The notes under the pieces were generated by a model. The model was not told the DNA's origin. It searched no databases and saw only the letters and a program-made list of their open reading frames with translations. Shown here in pieces: positions 9,661 through 19,071 of a stretch of DNA of 64,000 nucleotides. Source of the stretch: Planctomycetota bacterium (GTDB lineage: Bacteria; Planctomycetota; PLA2; JAEUHO01); the NCBI GenBank assembly GCA_050248855.1, contig JBFWRP010000013.1:1-64000 (forward strand), read 5' to 3'. The position numbers were made by a program, and so were the translations under genes. Each line of letters starts with the position of its first letter. Positions within the stretch are counted from its first letter, which is position 1.

Positions 9661-10344
9661 CTTGCGCTCGGCGGGGGGCTTGGCGCAGAGACGCAGGCCT
9701 TGCCCGCGCACGGTCTCGATCATCCACGCGTGCGCGCCCAGGGCGCCCCGCAGGCCGGCCACGTGAACGCGGACCGTCGTGGGCGACACGTCGGAGCCGC
9801 GCACGAGGTCGTCGGAGTCCACGACGCGTCCGGCATCCTGCGCCAAGCGCGCGAGCAGGCTGAACTGCGTCGGCGTGACCATCAACGGGTGCCCGTCGAG
9901 CTGGGCGGCACGTCGCACCAGGTCCAACCGCAGCGGGCCGACCACGACCTGATGCCCCGTCCCGCCCTGGGCGCGACGCAGCACGGCACCGATGCGGGCA
10001 AGCAGCAGATCGGCCCGCACGGCGCCCTTGCGCAGGTAGTCATCGGCACCGGCCGCGAAGAGCTGGGCCTCCACATCGGTGCTCTCGGATCCGGTCAGCA
10101 CGATGATCGGGACTTCGCGGACGGCGGGCAGCTGTCGCAGCTGGCGGCAGACGGCCAGCCCTCCGAGGGCTTCCTCCAGCCCCAGGTCCAGGAGCACGAG
10201 ATCCGGGCGGCGTGTCACGGCGAGGTGCAGGCCGTCGGAGCTGGAGCCGGCGCGCAACGTCGTGTACCCGGCGCGCTCGAGGATGTCCGCCACCATGTTC
10301 GCGACGTGCGCGTCGTCTTCGATGAGCAGGACGGTGCTGGCCAT
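9646..10344 (-). CDS. OmpR/PhoB-family response regulator
   Basis: VLLIEDD, LLDLGL, GADDYL receiver; winged-helix TVRVHVAGLR…IETVRGQG. Confidence 0.9.
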   Translation of the reverse strand: MASTVLLIEDDAHVANMVADILERAGYTTLRAGSSSDGLHLAVTRRPDLVLLDLGLEEALGGLAVCRQLRQLPAVREVPIIVLTGSESTDVEAQLFAAGADDYLRKGAVRADLLLARIGAVLRRAQGGTGHQVVVGPLRLDLVRRAAQLDGHPLMVTPTQFSLLARLAQDAGRVVDSDDLVRGSDVSPTTVRVHVAGLRGALGAHAWMIETVRGQGLRLCAKPPAERKRSGS

Positions 10345-10399
10345 GAGCCTCCGCGACGCCCCAAGTGTAGGCGTGCGCGCCGCAAGGAGCGACCGTGAG

Positions 10400-11434
10400 C
10401 TACGTGGGACGCGGTCGAAGGAGGTAGTGGCTCACGTACCAGGTCCGGCCACGGTTCCAGCCCCAGAGCTCCTCGCAGGCCAGGAAGAAGAGACGCCAGG
10501 CGCCCACGAGACGACGCGGCGAACGCTCGGCCGCAGGGTCGCGCAAGAGGTCTTCCAGCTCGCTGCGCTGGCGGTCGAGGCGGTCGATCCAGGCCCGCGC
10601 CGTCCGGGCGTAGTGCTGCCCGTTCACGCGCCAATGCGAGCTCACGACGAGGTCGTCCTGGAAGCGCAGCAGCAGCCCGTCGGAGGGCATCTGACCGCCG
10701 CTGAAAAACGTGCGGGCCATCCAGCTGGCTTCGTCGTCGCGCTCGAAGAGGTAGGGCCAGCGGTCGTGGACGAAGACGTGCACGAAGACCTGCCCCGCGG
10801 GCTCCAGCCATCCCGCCACGCGGTGGAGCATCTCCTTCCAGTTGCGCAGATGCTCGAACATCTCCACGGAGACGACGCGGTCGAAGCGGGCCCCGGGCTC
10901 GAACGCCAGCACGTCCGCCGTATGCACTTCGACATTGGTCAACCCCGCCTCGGCGGCGCGGCGGCGCACGGTCTCGCCCTGCGCCCGGCTGTTGGAGACG
11001 GCGACGAAGTGCGAGCCCGGGAAGCGTGTCGCGGCATGGATCGTGAAGGCGCCCCACCCGCAACCCAGGTCCAGGACGCGCTGGCCCTCGGCGATGCCGG
11101 CGCGCTCGATCGAAAGATCGAGCATGGCCGCCTCCGCCGCATCCAGATCCCGGACGCCGGGCGTCCAGAGGCAACACGAGTACTTGCGGTGGCGTCCGAG
11201 CACCTTCTCGAAGAAGGAGGCCGGCACCTCGTAGTGCTGGGCGTTGGCCAAGTCCGCATCCACGCGAAGCGGCGCCTCGCCGAGGCGCGTGACGAAGGCC
11301 TCCACGCGCTCGGCCTCGGCCTCGAGCGAGCCCGGGTTCTCGCGACACAGGCGCCGCCGGAGCTCCCGGCGGATGCCGTGCCGCACGAGCGCCGTGGGCA
11401 GGCGTCCTTCTTCGGCAAGACGTAGGAGGTCCAT
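10400..11434 (-). CDS. Cyclopropane-fatty-acyl-phospholipid synthase-like SAM methyltransferase
   Basis: ANAQHYEVP, KYSCC, VLDLGCGWG, VSVEMFEH, HYART; start MDLLRL at 11434. Confidence 0.85.
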   Translation of the reverse strand: MDLLRLAEEGRLPTALVRHGIRRELRRRLCRENPGSLEAEAERVEAFVTRLGEAPLRVDADLANAQHYEVPASFFEKVLGRHRKYSCCLWTPGVRDLDAAEAAMLDLSIERAGIAEGQRVLDLGCGWGAFTIHAATRFPGSHFVAVSNSRAQGETVRRRAAEAGLTNVEVHTADVLAFEPGARFDRVVSVEMFEHLRNWKEMLHRVAGWLEPAGQVFVHVFVHDRWPYLFERDDEASWMARTFFSGGQMPSDGLLLRFQDDLVVSSHWRVNGQHYARTARAWIDRLDRQRSELEDLLRDPAAERSPRRLVGAWRLFFLACEELWGWNRGRTWYVSHYLLRPRPT

Positions 11435-12264
11435 CACGACTCCGAGGTTGCGCGAGGCGGCCACGGCACGAACGCCGACACCTCGCGTTGGTAGCGGCGG
11501 TACGCCGCACCGCGCGAGGCAAGGGCGCGGCGCTCCGTGGGTGGGATCCCCGTCACGAAGAGCACGAGCAGGAGCATCAGCAGCGGCGCGCCCCACGCCA
11601 CCCAGCCTCCGGGTGCGGGTGTGGCCATCAGCGCGAAGCCGCACCACACGAGCCACTCGAAGAAGTAGTTGGGGTGACGCGACCAGCCCCAGAGTCCCTC
11701 GCGGCAGACGGTGCCCGAGGTACGCGGCCGGGCCTTGAACGCGGCGAGCTGGCGATCGGCCATCGCTTCCCCTGCCCAGGCGCCGAGCGCACCCACGGCG
11801 CCGACGATCTCGAGGGGGTGGAGCGCCGGCAGGGGGTTCCAGGCCACGAGCGCGAACGGCAGCGACAGCGCGAGGGCCAGGCCGGCCTGGGCCACGAACA
11901 CGCCCAGGAACACGAGCTCGGCGCGTCGACCGAGCCAGGCGCGGAGCGCTTGGTACCGCCCCTCCTCGACCCCCGGCAGGATCCGATCGCGCACGAGGTG
12001 GAGGACGAGACGCGCGCTCCAGGGCCCCACGACGGCGGCGAGCAGGATGCGGCGAGTGCCGAGGGCGCTCCCCAGCACGGCGTACACGAGCGCGAGCAGC
12101 CCCAGGGCCCCGCTCCACCCCACATCGACCCAGGCGGCATTGCGCTGGGCGCGGGCCACTGCCCAGAGGGCCACGAAGAGGACGACGAGACCGCCAAGCA
12201 GCGGTAGGGCCAGCCCCTCGCTGCCCGGGGGAAGCACCGCGACGGGGGTGGGCTGGGAGGCCAT
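11434..12264 (-). CDS. DUF1295 steroid-5-alpha-reductase-like membrane protein
   Basis: VDVGWS, EGRY, ADRQL, GLWGWSRHPNYFFEW, TGIPPTE. Confidence 0.85.
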   Translation of the reverse strand: MASQPTPVAVLPPGSEGLALPLLGGLVVLFVALWAVARAQRNAAWVDVGWSGALGLLALVYAVLGSALGTRRILLAAVVGPWSARLVLHLVRDRILPGVEEGRYQALRAWLGRRAELVFLGVFVAQAGLALALSLPFALVAWNPLPALHPLEIVGAVGALGAWAGEAMADRQLAAFKARPRTSGTVCREGLWGWSRHPNYFFEWLVWCGFALMATPAPGGWVAWGAPLLMLLLVLFVTGIPPTERRALASRGAAYRRYQREVSAFVPWPPRATSES

Positions 12265-12316
12265 CGGGGTCAGGATCCCCTCGCCATGGACATTCGTACA
12301 GATTATTATCTAGACG

Positions 12317-13576
12317 ATGCTGCCCCAAGGCTCCCGACTGGCCGTCCTGGGCGGTGGCGTGGCCGGACTGGTCACGGCCCACCTCCTCACCCCCCACCAC
12401 GAGGTGACGGTCTTCGAAGCCGCGCCGCGCCTCGGGGGCCATACGCACACCGTGGAGGTCGAGGACACGGGCCGGCGCGTGCGCGTGGACACGGGCTTCA
12501 TCGTGTTCCACCCCGAGGGCTACCCGCGCTTCACCGCGCTGTTGGGCAAGCTGGGTGTGGACACCCAGCCGACGGACATGGGCTTCGGCTTCGAGGATCC
12601 CGCGAGCGGGTTCGCCTACGAGGGCAGCTCGTGGCGCGGACGGTTCGCGGACCCGCGGAGCTGGCTGCGACCCGGGCGGGTCCTCGCGCTTTGGAAGGAC
12701 GTGCGGCGGTTCTTCCTGGAGGCGCCGCGCCTGCTCCAGACCGCCGCAGGCGAGCAGCCGCTCGTGCCGTGGCTGCGCGCCAGCGGGTACGGCGACGACT
12801 TCATCGAGCGGATGATCGTGCCCATGGGCGCCGCCATCTGGTCGAGTGGTCGAGAGGGCATGGAGCGCTTCCCGGCCCGCTTCTTCGTGCGCTTCTTCGA
12901 TCACCACGGGATGCTGCGGCTGCGCGACCGACCCGAGTGGCGCGTGATCGCGGGAGGCTCGGACCGCTACCTGGCGCCGCTCACGCGCCCCTACGAGGAG
13001 CGCATCCACCTCGCGAGCCCCGTGCGCGCCGTGCGCCGGCAAGAAGACGGCGTCGACGTCGCCACCGACAGCGGGACGCGGCGCTTCGACGGCGTGGTTC
13101 TGGCGATGCACGCCGACCAAGCGCTTCGCGTGCTCGCCGACCCCTCCCCCGCGGAGAGCGAGCTGCTTGCGGCCGTGCCCTTCGCCGGCAACGACGTCGA
13201 CCTGCACAACGACACCGCCGTGATGCCGCGGCGGCGCGCGGCGTGGGGCAGCTGGACCTACCGTCAAGCGCCGGCCGATGCCGACCGCGTCCAGATCAGC
13301 TACTGGATGAACCGGCTGCAGGGCCTTCCCACGCGCACGCCGTGGCTCGTGTCCCTCAACCAGCGCGAGCGCATCGACCCGCAGCTCGTCCGGCGCCGCC
13401 TGCACTACGAGCATCCCGTCTACACCCTGGATGGCGTGGCCGCACGGGCCCGCCTGCGCGAGATCCAGGGCACTCGCCGCACGTGGTACGCGGGCGCGTG
13501 GGTGCACGACGGCTTCCACGAGGACGGTGTCCAGAGCGCGTACGACGTGGCCGCCTCGCTGGGGGTGCCGGCATGA
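12317..13576 (+). CDS. FAD-dependent oxidoreductase (amine-oxidase fold, UfaD-like)
   Basis: VLGGGVAGL dinucleotide motif, GGHTHT, VDTGFIVF, YEHP, GFHEDG. Confidence 0.85.
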   Translation: MLPQGSRLAVLGGGVAGLVTAHLLTPHHEVTVFEAAPRLGGHTHTVEVEDTGRRVRVDTGFIVFHPEGYPRFTALLGKLGVDTQPTDMGFGFEDPASGFAYEGSSWRGRFADPRSWLRPGRVLALWKDVRRFFLEAPRLLQTAAGEQPLVPWLRASGYGDDFIERMIVPMGAAIWSSGREGMERFPARFFVRFFDHHGMLRLRDRPEWRVIAGGSDRYLAPLTRPYEERIHLASPVRAVRRQEDGVDVATDSGTRRFDGVVLAMHADQALRVLADPSPAESELLAAVPFAGNDVDLHNDTAVMPRRRAAWGSWTYRQAPADADRVQISYWMNRLQGLPTRTPWLVSLNQRERIDPQLVRRRLHYEHPVYTLDGVAARARLREIQGTRRTWYAGAWVHDGFHEDGVQSAYDVAASLGVPA

Positions 13577-14355
13577 GCGCCCCGCTGGCCAGTGCCCTCT
13601 TCGAGGGCACCGTCCGTCATCAGCGGCGGACACCGCGTGACCACCGCTTCGCGCTGCGCGTGGCGCTTCCGTACGTGGACCTCGATGAGCTGCCGCGGCT
13701 GTTCGACGGCTTCGCGCTGGGGTCGGCACGTCGGCGCAACGTGCTCTGGTTCCGCCGCAAGGACTACCTCGCACCGCACGACCTGCCCTTGGCCGAAGCC
13801 GTACGTCGCCGCGTGCACGAGGCGACGGGCGTGCGTCCGGAGGGTCCCGTGCGCATGCTGGCCCACCTGCGCACGCTCGGCTGGTGCTTCAACCCCGTGG
13901 CCTTCTACTGGTGCTTCGATACGGAAGGACAGCCGGCGTTCGTCGTGGCCGAGATCACGAACACGCCGTGGGGCGAGCGACATGCCCACGTGCTGGACGT
14001 GCGCACGGCACGAGGCGCCGACGGGACCACGCGGCACGACTTCGACAAGGTCTTCCACGTCAGCCCGTTCCTGCCGATGGACCTGCGCTACACGTGGTCG
14101 TTTCGCGGCCCGGCCGACCGGCTGTCCGTCCACATGGTGTGTCGTCGCCACGGCGAGGTGGTCCTGCAAGCCACCATGGCGCTCGTGCGACGTGCGTGGT
14201 CGGCCGCCACGCTGCGACGCCTGCTCGTGCGCCACGTCGGCATGACGTGGCGCGTTAGCGCGACGATCTACCTGCAGGCCCTGCGCCTGGCGCTGAAGCG
14301 GGTTCCCTTCCACGCGCACCCGCGCCGCGCTCGTCTCGAGGAGGCCTCCGCATGA
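13573..14355 (+). CDS. DUF1365 family protein (UfaO-like)
   Basis: GTVRHQR, FNPVAFY, EITNTPWGERH, KVFHVSPF, IYLQALRL; ATGA overlap. Confidence 0.85.
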   Translation: MSAPLASALFEGTVRHQRRTPRDHRFALRVALPYVDLDELPRLFDGFALGSARRRNVLWFRRKDYLAPHDLPLAEAVRRRVHEATGVRPEGPVRMLAHLRTLGWCFNPVAFYWCFDTEGQPAFVVAEITNTPWGERHAHVLDVRTARGADGTTRHDFDKVFHVSPFLPMDLRYTWSFRGPADRLSVHMVCRRHGEVVLQATMALVRRAWSAATLRRLLVRHVGMTWRVSATIYLQALRLALKRVPFHAHPRRARLEEASA

Positions 14356-15644
14356 GCTTCACCCGGCTCGACCTGCCGACGCCGTCGATGACGCGTGCCC
14401 CGCGCCCGGCGGGAGGCTGGGCGCGGGCCCTCGTGACGCGTCGGCTGGCATCCCTCGCGCGGGGACGGCTGACCGTCGTCGAGCAGGGCGCCCGTACGCA
14501 CTACGCAGGCTCGGCGCATGGTCCCGAGGCCGTTCTCCACGTCCGGGATGCGCGGCTCTGGCGCCGCGTCGTGTGGGGTGGCGTGCTCGGGGCCGGCGAG
14601 GCCTACGCAGACGGCGACTGGGACTCTCCGGACCTCGTCGCTGTCGTGCGGCTGTTCCTGGCCAACCGCGATGCCCTCGAGGCGATCGACGGCGGTCTCG
14701 CCCGCCCGCTGGCCGGCCTGCGGCGGCTGCTGGCCGCGCTCCCCGGCCACGGGCGCGAGCAGGCCCGCCGCGACATCCAGGCGCACTACGACCTTGGCAA
14801 CGACCTCTTCGCGGCCTTCCTCGATCCCACGATGACCTACTCGGCGGCGGTCTACGGCCCCGAGTCGGACCCGGACGACCCGTCGAGCCTGGAGGCCGCG
14901 CAGGTCGCCAAGCTCGAGCGCATCTGCCGCAAGCTCGAGCTCCGTCCCGGCATGCGCGTGCTCGAGATCGGCTGCGGGTGGGGTTCCTTCGCGGTCCATG
15001 CCGCCCGCCACCACGGCGCGCACGTGGTCGGCACGACGATCTCGCCTGCGCAGCGCGCGTGGGCCGAGCAGCGCGTGGCCGAAGCAGGCCTGGGCCATCG
15101 CGTCCAGATCCTCGGCCAGGACTGGCGCGACCTCGACGGGCGTTTCGAACGGGTGGTATCGGTCGAGATGATCGAGGCCATCGGCGCACGACTGCTCCCC
15201 CGTTTCTTCGGGGCATTGGCCGAGCGCATGACGGCCGACGGGGTGGGCCTGCTGCAGGCCATCACCATCCAGGATCGCTGGTACGAGGCGGCGCTGCGCC
15301 GCGTCGACTTCATCAAGCGCCACGTGTTCCCCGGCAGCTTCATCCCCTCGCTCGCGGCCCTGACGGGAGCCAGTGCCCCGACGGGCCTGCGCTGGCTCCA
15401 TGTGGAGGACATCGGCCCGAGCTACGCCGCCACGCTGGCCGCCTGGCGGAGCCGGTTCGATGCGGCCTGGCCACGGCTGGCGGCCCGTGGCGCGTCCGAT
15501 CGCTTCCGGCGCCTGTGGCGCTACTATCTGGCCTACTGCGAGGGCGGGTTCCGCGAGGGCGTGCTCGGCGACATCCAGGGGGTGCTCGCCGGGAGCCACG
15601 CTGCCGTGCCGTCCTGGATCCAACGGCCGGAGCCCCTTCCGTGA
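14352..15644 (+). CDS. cfa: Cyclopropane fatty acid synthase-family methyltransferase
   Basis: IQAHYDLGND, MTYS, VLEIGCGWG, SVEMIEAIG, HVFPG, WRYYLAYCEGGF. Confidence 0.85.
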   Translation: MSFTRLDLPTPSMTRAPRPAGGWARALVTRRLASLARGRLTVVEQGARTHYAGSAHGPEAVLHVRDARLWRRVVWGGVLGAGEAYADGDWDSPDLVAVVRLFLANRDALEAIDGGLARPLAGLRRLLAALPGHGREQARRDIQAHYDLGNDLFAAFLDPTMTYSAAVYGPESDPDDPSSLEAAQVAKLERICRKLELRPGMRVLEIGCGWGSFAVHAARHHGAHVVGTTISPAQRAWAEQRVAEAGLGHRVQILGQDWRDLDGRFERVVSVEMIEAIGARLLPRFFGALAERMTADGVGLLQAITIQDRWYEAALRRVDFIKRHVFPGSFIPSLAALTGASAPTGLRWLHVEDIGPSYAATLAAWRSRFDAAWPRLAARGASDRFRRLWRYYLAYCEGGFREGVLGDIQGVLAGSHAAVPSWIQRPEPLP

Positions 15645-16609
15645 ACGAACCCCCTACCGCCGCCCTCAAGCGGCGCCCCCTCGTCCTGAGGATCGTTCGC
15701 GACGTCGTCGGCTGGTTCGACAGCGGGGCCGTGGGTGCGCGCAAGGCGTTCTCCGACCAGCCCGTGTCCTACCAGATCGACTGGGTACGTCAGCTGCCCT
15801 TCCTGGCCCTGCACCTCATGGTGTTCGGCGTCATCTGGGTGGGGTGGAGCCCCATCGCCGTCGCCGTGGCCTTGGCCGGCTACGTCCTGCGCATGTTCGG
15901 GCTCACGGCCTTCTACCACCGCTACTTCTCGCATCGCTCGTACAAGGCCAACCGCTTCTGGCAGTTCCTGTTCGCCGTCTGGGGCAACACGTCCGTGCAG
16001 AAGGGGCCGCTGTGGTGGGCCTCCCACCACCGCGAGCACCATCGCAACAGCGACCAGCCCGCCGACGTGCACTCCCCCGTGCAACACGGGTTCTGGTGGA
16101 GCCAGATCGGCTGGATCCTCGCCAAGAGCTCGCGCGGCACCAACCTCGCCGTCGTGCGTGACTTGGCCAAGTACCCGGAGTTGCGTCTCCTTGACCGCTT
16201 CCACGTCGTCGTTCCGGTCCTCTACGCGGTCGGCATGTGGTTCCTGGGCGCATGGCTCGAGCGCGTACGCCCCGAGTGGGGCACGAACGCGCCGCAGATG
16301 CTGATCTGGGGCTTCTTCGTGAGCACCGTGATCCTGGTGCATGGCACGGGAACCATCAACTCGCTCGCCCACGTGATCGGCCGGCGGCGCTTCGAGACGA
16401 ACGACCAGAGCCGCAACCACCTCGGGCTCGCCTTGCTGACGCTCGGCGAAGGCTGGCACAACAACCACCATCGATTCCCGACCTCGGCGCGCCAGGGCTT
16501 CCGCGCCTCGGACATCGATCTCACGTACTACGTGCTCAAGGGCATGGAGAAGCTGCACATCGTCAGCGATCTCAAGGAACCGCCGGACCACTTGAAGGCC
16601 GTGCGCTAG
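15641..16609 (+). CDS. Acyl-CoA (delta-9-type) fatty acid desaturase
   Basis: His boxes HRYFSH, HREHH, GEGWHNNHH; GTG start overlapping the cfa stop. Confidence 0.9.
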   Translation: MNEPPTAALKRRPLVLRIVRDVVGWFDSGAVGARKAFSDQPVSYQIDWVRQLPFLALHLMVFGVIWVGWSPIAVAVALAGYVLRMFGLTAFYHRYFSHRSYKANRFWQFLFAVWGNTSVQKGPLWWASHHREHHRNSDQPADVHSPVQHGFWWSQIGWILAKSSRGTNLAVVRDLAKYPELRLLDRFHVVVPVLYAVGMWFLGAWLERVRPEWGTNAPQMLIWGFFVSTVILVHGTGTINSLAHVIGRRRFETNDQSRNHLGLALLTLGEGWHNNHHRFPTSARQGFRASDIDLTYYVLKGMEKLHIVSDLKEPPDHLKAVR

Positions 16610-17724
16610 CGGACGAACGGGGGCAACGGCAACCCGAACGGGCCGCAGCGCGGGCGCGGACGGCACGGCGGCGGAGGCGGACACGGGGGCGGGGCGCACG
16701 GGGCCCCCGGCCTTGACCGTGGCGCGAGACGACGCACCTCGTCGACGTCGATCACGCGGCGAGCCTCGAAGCCATGGGCCTCGAGCAGCGCGAGCAGTCC
16801 CCGCGGTCCTGCCAGGTGCGCCGCACCGACGGCAACGAACAGGGTGCGCCCGCGCGAGACGCGGGAGATCGCGGCCAGCCGCACGGCCATGCGCTCGTTG
16901 CGCCTGTCGAGCAAGCGCTCCGAGAGCTCGGCGTCGAGCTCGTCGCCCGCGCCCGAGAGCTGGCGCGTGAGCTCCACGATCTCGATCTCGTCGCCCGCCA
17001 GCCACGCCCGCGTGATGCGCTCCAGGGGCGTGATCGTCGTCGGGTCGTCGGGGGTGGCCTGCTCGAGCTTCTCGAGCGAACGCTCCACGAGGCGGACCTG
17101 CTGTTCGCGCTCCATGGCCGCGAACGGTGCGAACTGCTCGAGGGCGCTCTCCAGCCCACCAATCGTCTTGCCCGTGCGCTTGGCCTCCTGGAAGAGCCGC
17201 CAGTCCAGCGGCATGCCTTCCCCCCCCGCCTCGCCCTGGACGGCGGCATGCAGCGTGAACCAGAGCACCCAGGGCTCCAGGCCTTCGTACGTGGCCAGGG
17301 ACTGGCCAAGCGCCTCCAGGCGGGCGACCAGGCGTTTGCGCAGCGCCGGCGCCAAGAGGGCCGAGAGCGTCTCGCCCTCGGGCAGCGAGGCCACCTGCAT
17401 CAAGGCGCCGAGCAGGTCACGGTCGAGGTCCATCTCCGCGAAGAAGCCATCGCTCTGCCGGAACGCGAGGTCCACGGCCGGAGGCCGCGCGAGCACACGC
17501 GGGTCGTTCGTGTGGAGCGTGCCGTAGATCCAGAGCCGCGTGGGCCCGTCGACGAGCCAAAGGAGGGGTCGTTCGGAGGACCGACGGGCCTCGGCGGGGG
17601 CCTCCTCGGCGGCGGCCGCCGGCGTGGGTGCGACGAGGGCCAGGGCCCCGAGCAACAGCACGGCGAGCGCGGACCGACGGATCAGGCGCGGGGAGATGTT
17701 CGGGCCGATCCACGAAACGGTCAC
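16606..17724 (-). CDS. TraB/GumN family exported protein
   Basis: Signal peptide; YGTLH, GLES, RRNERM, FVAVGAAHL. Confidence 0.85.
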   Translation of the reverse strand: MTVSWIGPNISPRLIRRSALAVLLLGALALVAPTPAAAAEEAPAEARRSSERPLLWLVDGPTRLWIYGTLHTNDPRVLARPPAVDLAFRQSDGFFAEMDLDRDLLGALMQVASLPEGETLSALLAPALRKRLVARLEALGQSLATYEGLEPWVLWFTLHAAVQGEAGGEGMPLDWRLFQEAKRTGKTIGGLESALEQFAPFAAMEREQQVRLVERSLEKLEQATPDDPTTITPLERITRAWLAGDEIEIVELTRQLSGAGDELDAELSERLLDRRNERMAVRLAAISRVSRGRTLFVAVGAAHLAGPRGLLALLEAHGFEARRVIDVDEVRRLAPRSRPGAPCAPPPCPPPPPCRPRPRCGPFGLPLPPFVR

Positions 17725-17804
17725 GCGCGGAGTGTCCTAAGGGGGTCCCGCTCCTGCAACATCGCGCAGCCCGGCGGAGAGCTTCGCCAGGGTTGGAGGG
17801 ACCG

Positions 17805-18125
17805 ATGGATCTCCCTGCCCAGGGCATCCTCGAGCTGCTGTACGTGGAGCTGGTCGGTGAGTCCACCGCCGCCGCCGCCCCGGACCTCGTCGCGTCGGCC
17901 CGAGCGGCGTGGGCTGGCGCACCCGGCTGCCTCGGGCTGCAGGGTCGCCTGGAGCAGGACGGCCGCCGCCTGTTGCTGCTCACCGCGTGGACGAATGCGG
18001 CAGCGCGAGACTCGTGGCGCGCCAGCCCCGCTGGTCGTGCGTGGTCGGGCACGTGGGCCGCCCGCGGCGCGCGAACGGCGCGCTCGCTGTGGGCAGGGGA
18101 CCCGTCCCGAGGCTGGACCGGCTGA
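17805..18125 (+). CDS. Small ABM-like (dimeric alpha/beta barrel) protein
   Basis: RBS GGAGG; APGCLG…LLLTAW…W pattern. Confidence 0.5.
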   Translation: MDLPAQGILELLYVELVGESTAAAAPDLVASARAAWAGAPGCLGLQGRLEQDGRRLLLLTAWTNAAARDSWRASPAGRAWSGTWAARGARTARSLWAGDPSRGWTG

Positions 18126-18128
18126 CGA

Positions 18129-18599
18129 TCACGCGTCCGGCGGCGGTTCGAACACCAAGACCGTGGGCACGTGGCGCTTCATCACGTCGGAGGCGACGCT
18201 GCCGAGTGCGAAGCGCACCAGACCGGTACGCCCGTGCGTGCCCATGACCACGATGTCTGCCTTCTTGGCCGCGTACGCATCGGCGATGGCCAGGGACGGG
18301 TTTGCCGCGTCCACGAGGTGCATGTGGGTCGTGACGCCGCGGCTGGCAGCGTCGGCGGGGACGAGGCGCTCGAGCGCTTCGTGCATGGCCTTCTTCCCCG
18401 CCTCGGTCTCGCCCGGCGAGGGCACGTAGCCCTGCTCGTAGGGCGGGTAGAGCGGGTTGCCGAGCATCGGGGGCTGGCAGACGTGCAGCAGGTGCACCTC
18501 GCCGCCGTCGGCGACCAGGCGATACGCCACGGGCACGGCCGCCTCGCTGGTGGGTGAGCCGTCGGTCGGACAGAGGACACAGCGGACGGGAGCCTTCAT
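18129..18599 (-). CDS. Universal stress protein
   Basis: VLCPTDGS, ADIVVMGTHGRTG, LGSVA; RBS AGGAGG. Confidence 0.9.
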   Translation of the reverse strand: MKAPVRCVLCPTDGSPTSEAAVPVAYRLVADGGEVHLLHVCQPPMLGNPLYPPYEQGYVPSPGETEAGKKAMHEALERLVPADAASRGVTTHMHLVDAANPSLAIADAYAAKKADIVVMGTHGRTGLVRFALGSVASDVMKRHVPTVLVFEPPPDA

Positions 18600-18764
18600 G
18601 ACGGAGACCTCCTGCAGCGCGGTCGCCACGCTCCAAGACTACGGCAGACGGACTCGGCACCGGGCATGCCGCAGGCCTCGGAGGTCGGACTGCGGAGGTC
18701 GGCTTTCGGCGGGCATGGTCGGGAGCAAGCGTCCGGGCTTGGATGGGATGCCGGGTGGCGATGG

Positions 18765-19070
18765 GGAGGACGCCGTGTGGTTTGACCACGCAAGGACGAC
18801 GAAGCGGTGCTCCGGCGCCCAGTCCAGGCCTGAACGCTTACGATCGGGCGTACCCGTTCACCTTCCCCGAGAACGAGCCGTCAAGGGCCCGTAGACGCCG
18901 CTCTGAGCGGAGAGCGACCCCCACTCATCGGGTCGCCAGGGCGAAGGCGCCGGCAAGCGATGGAGGACGCCGCGTGGTCTGTCCACGCAAGGACGACAGC
19001 GCGCCGCCGCCGCCGAGTACTCGGCGAGCCGCACGTCCGCACGCCAGGGGCTGAACGCATACGATCGGGC
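18765..19070. repeat. Bipartite direct repeat (36-nt block plus 20-nt block, two copies)
   Basis: 18765-18800 vs 18962-18997 (33/36 identical); 18830-18849 vs 19051-19070 (19/20 identical). Confidence 0.75.
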
Positions 19071-19071
19071 C

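Noticed and set aside
10400..16609. Ladderane lipid biosynthesis cluster
   Set aside because: No radical SAM, ACP or Fab genes in the cluster; the gene set fits the widespread cfa/DUF1365 type
18757..18800. Fluoride riboswitch (GGCGATGG start, near a USP gene)
   Set aside because: Wrong strand for the USP gene, and the downstream conserved GCUGAUGAC-type segment is not present
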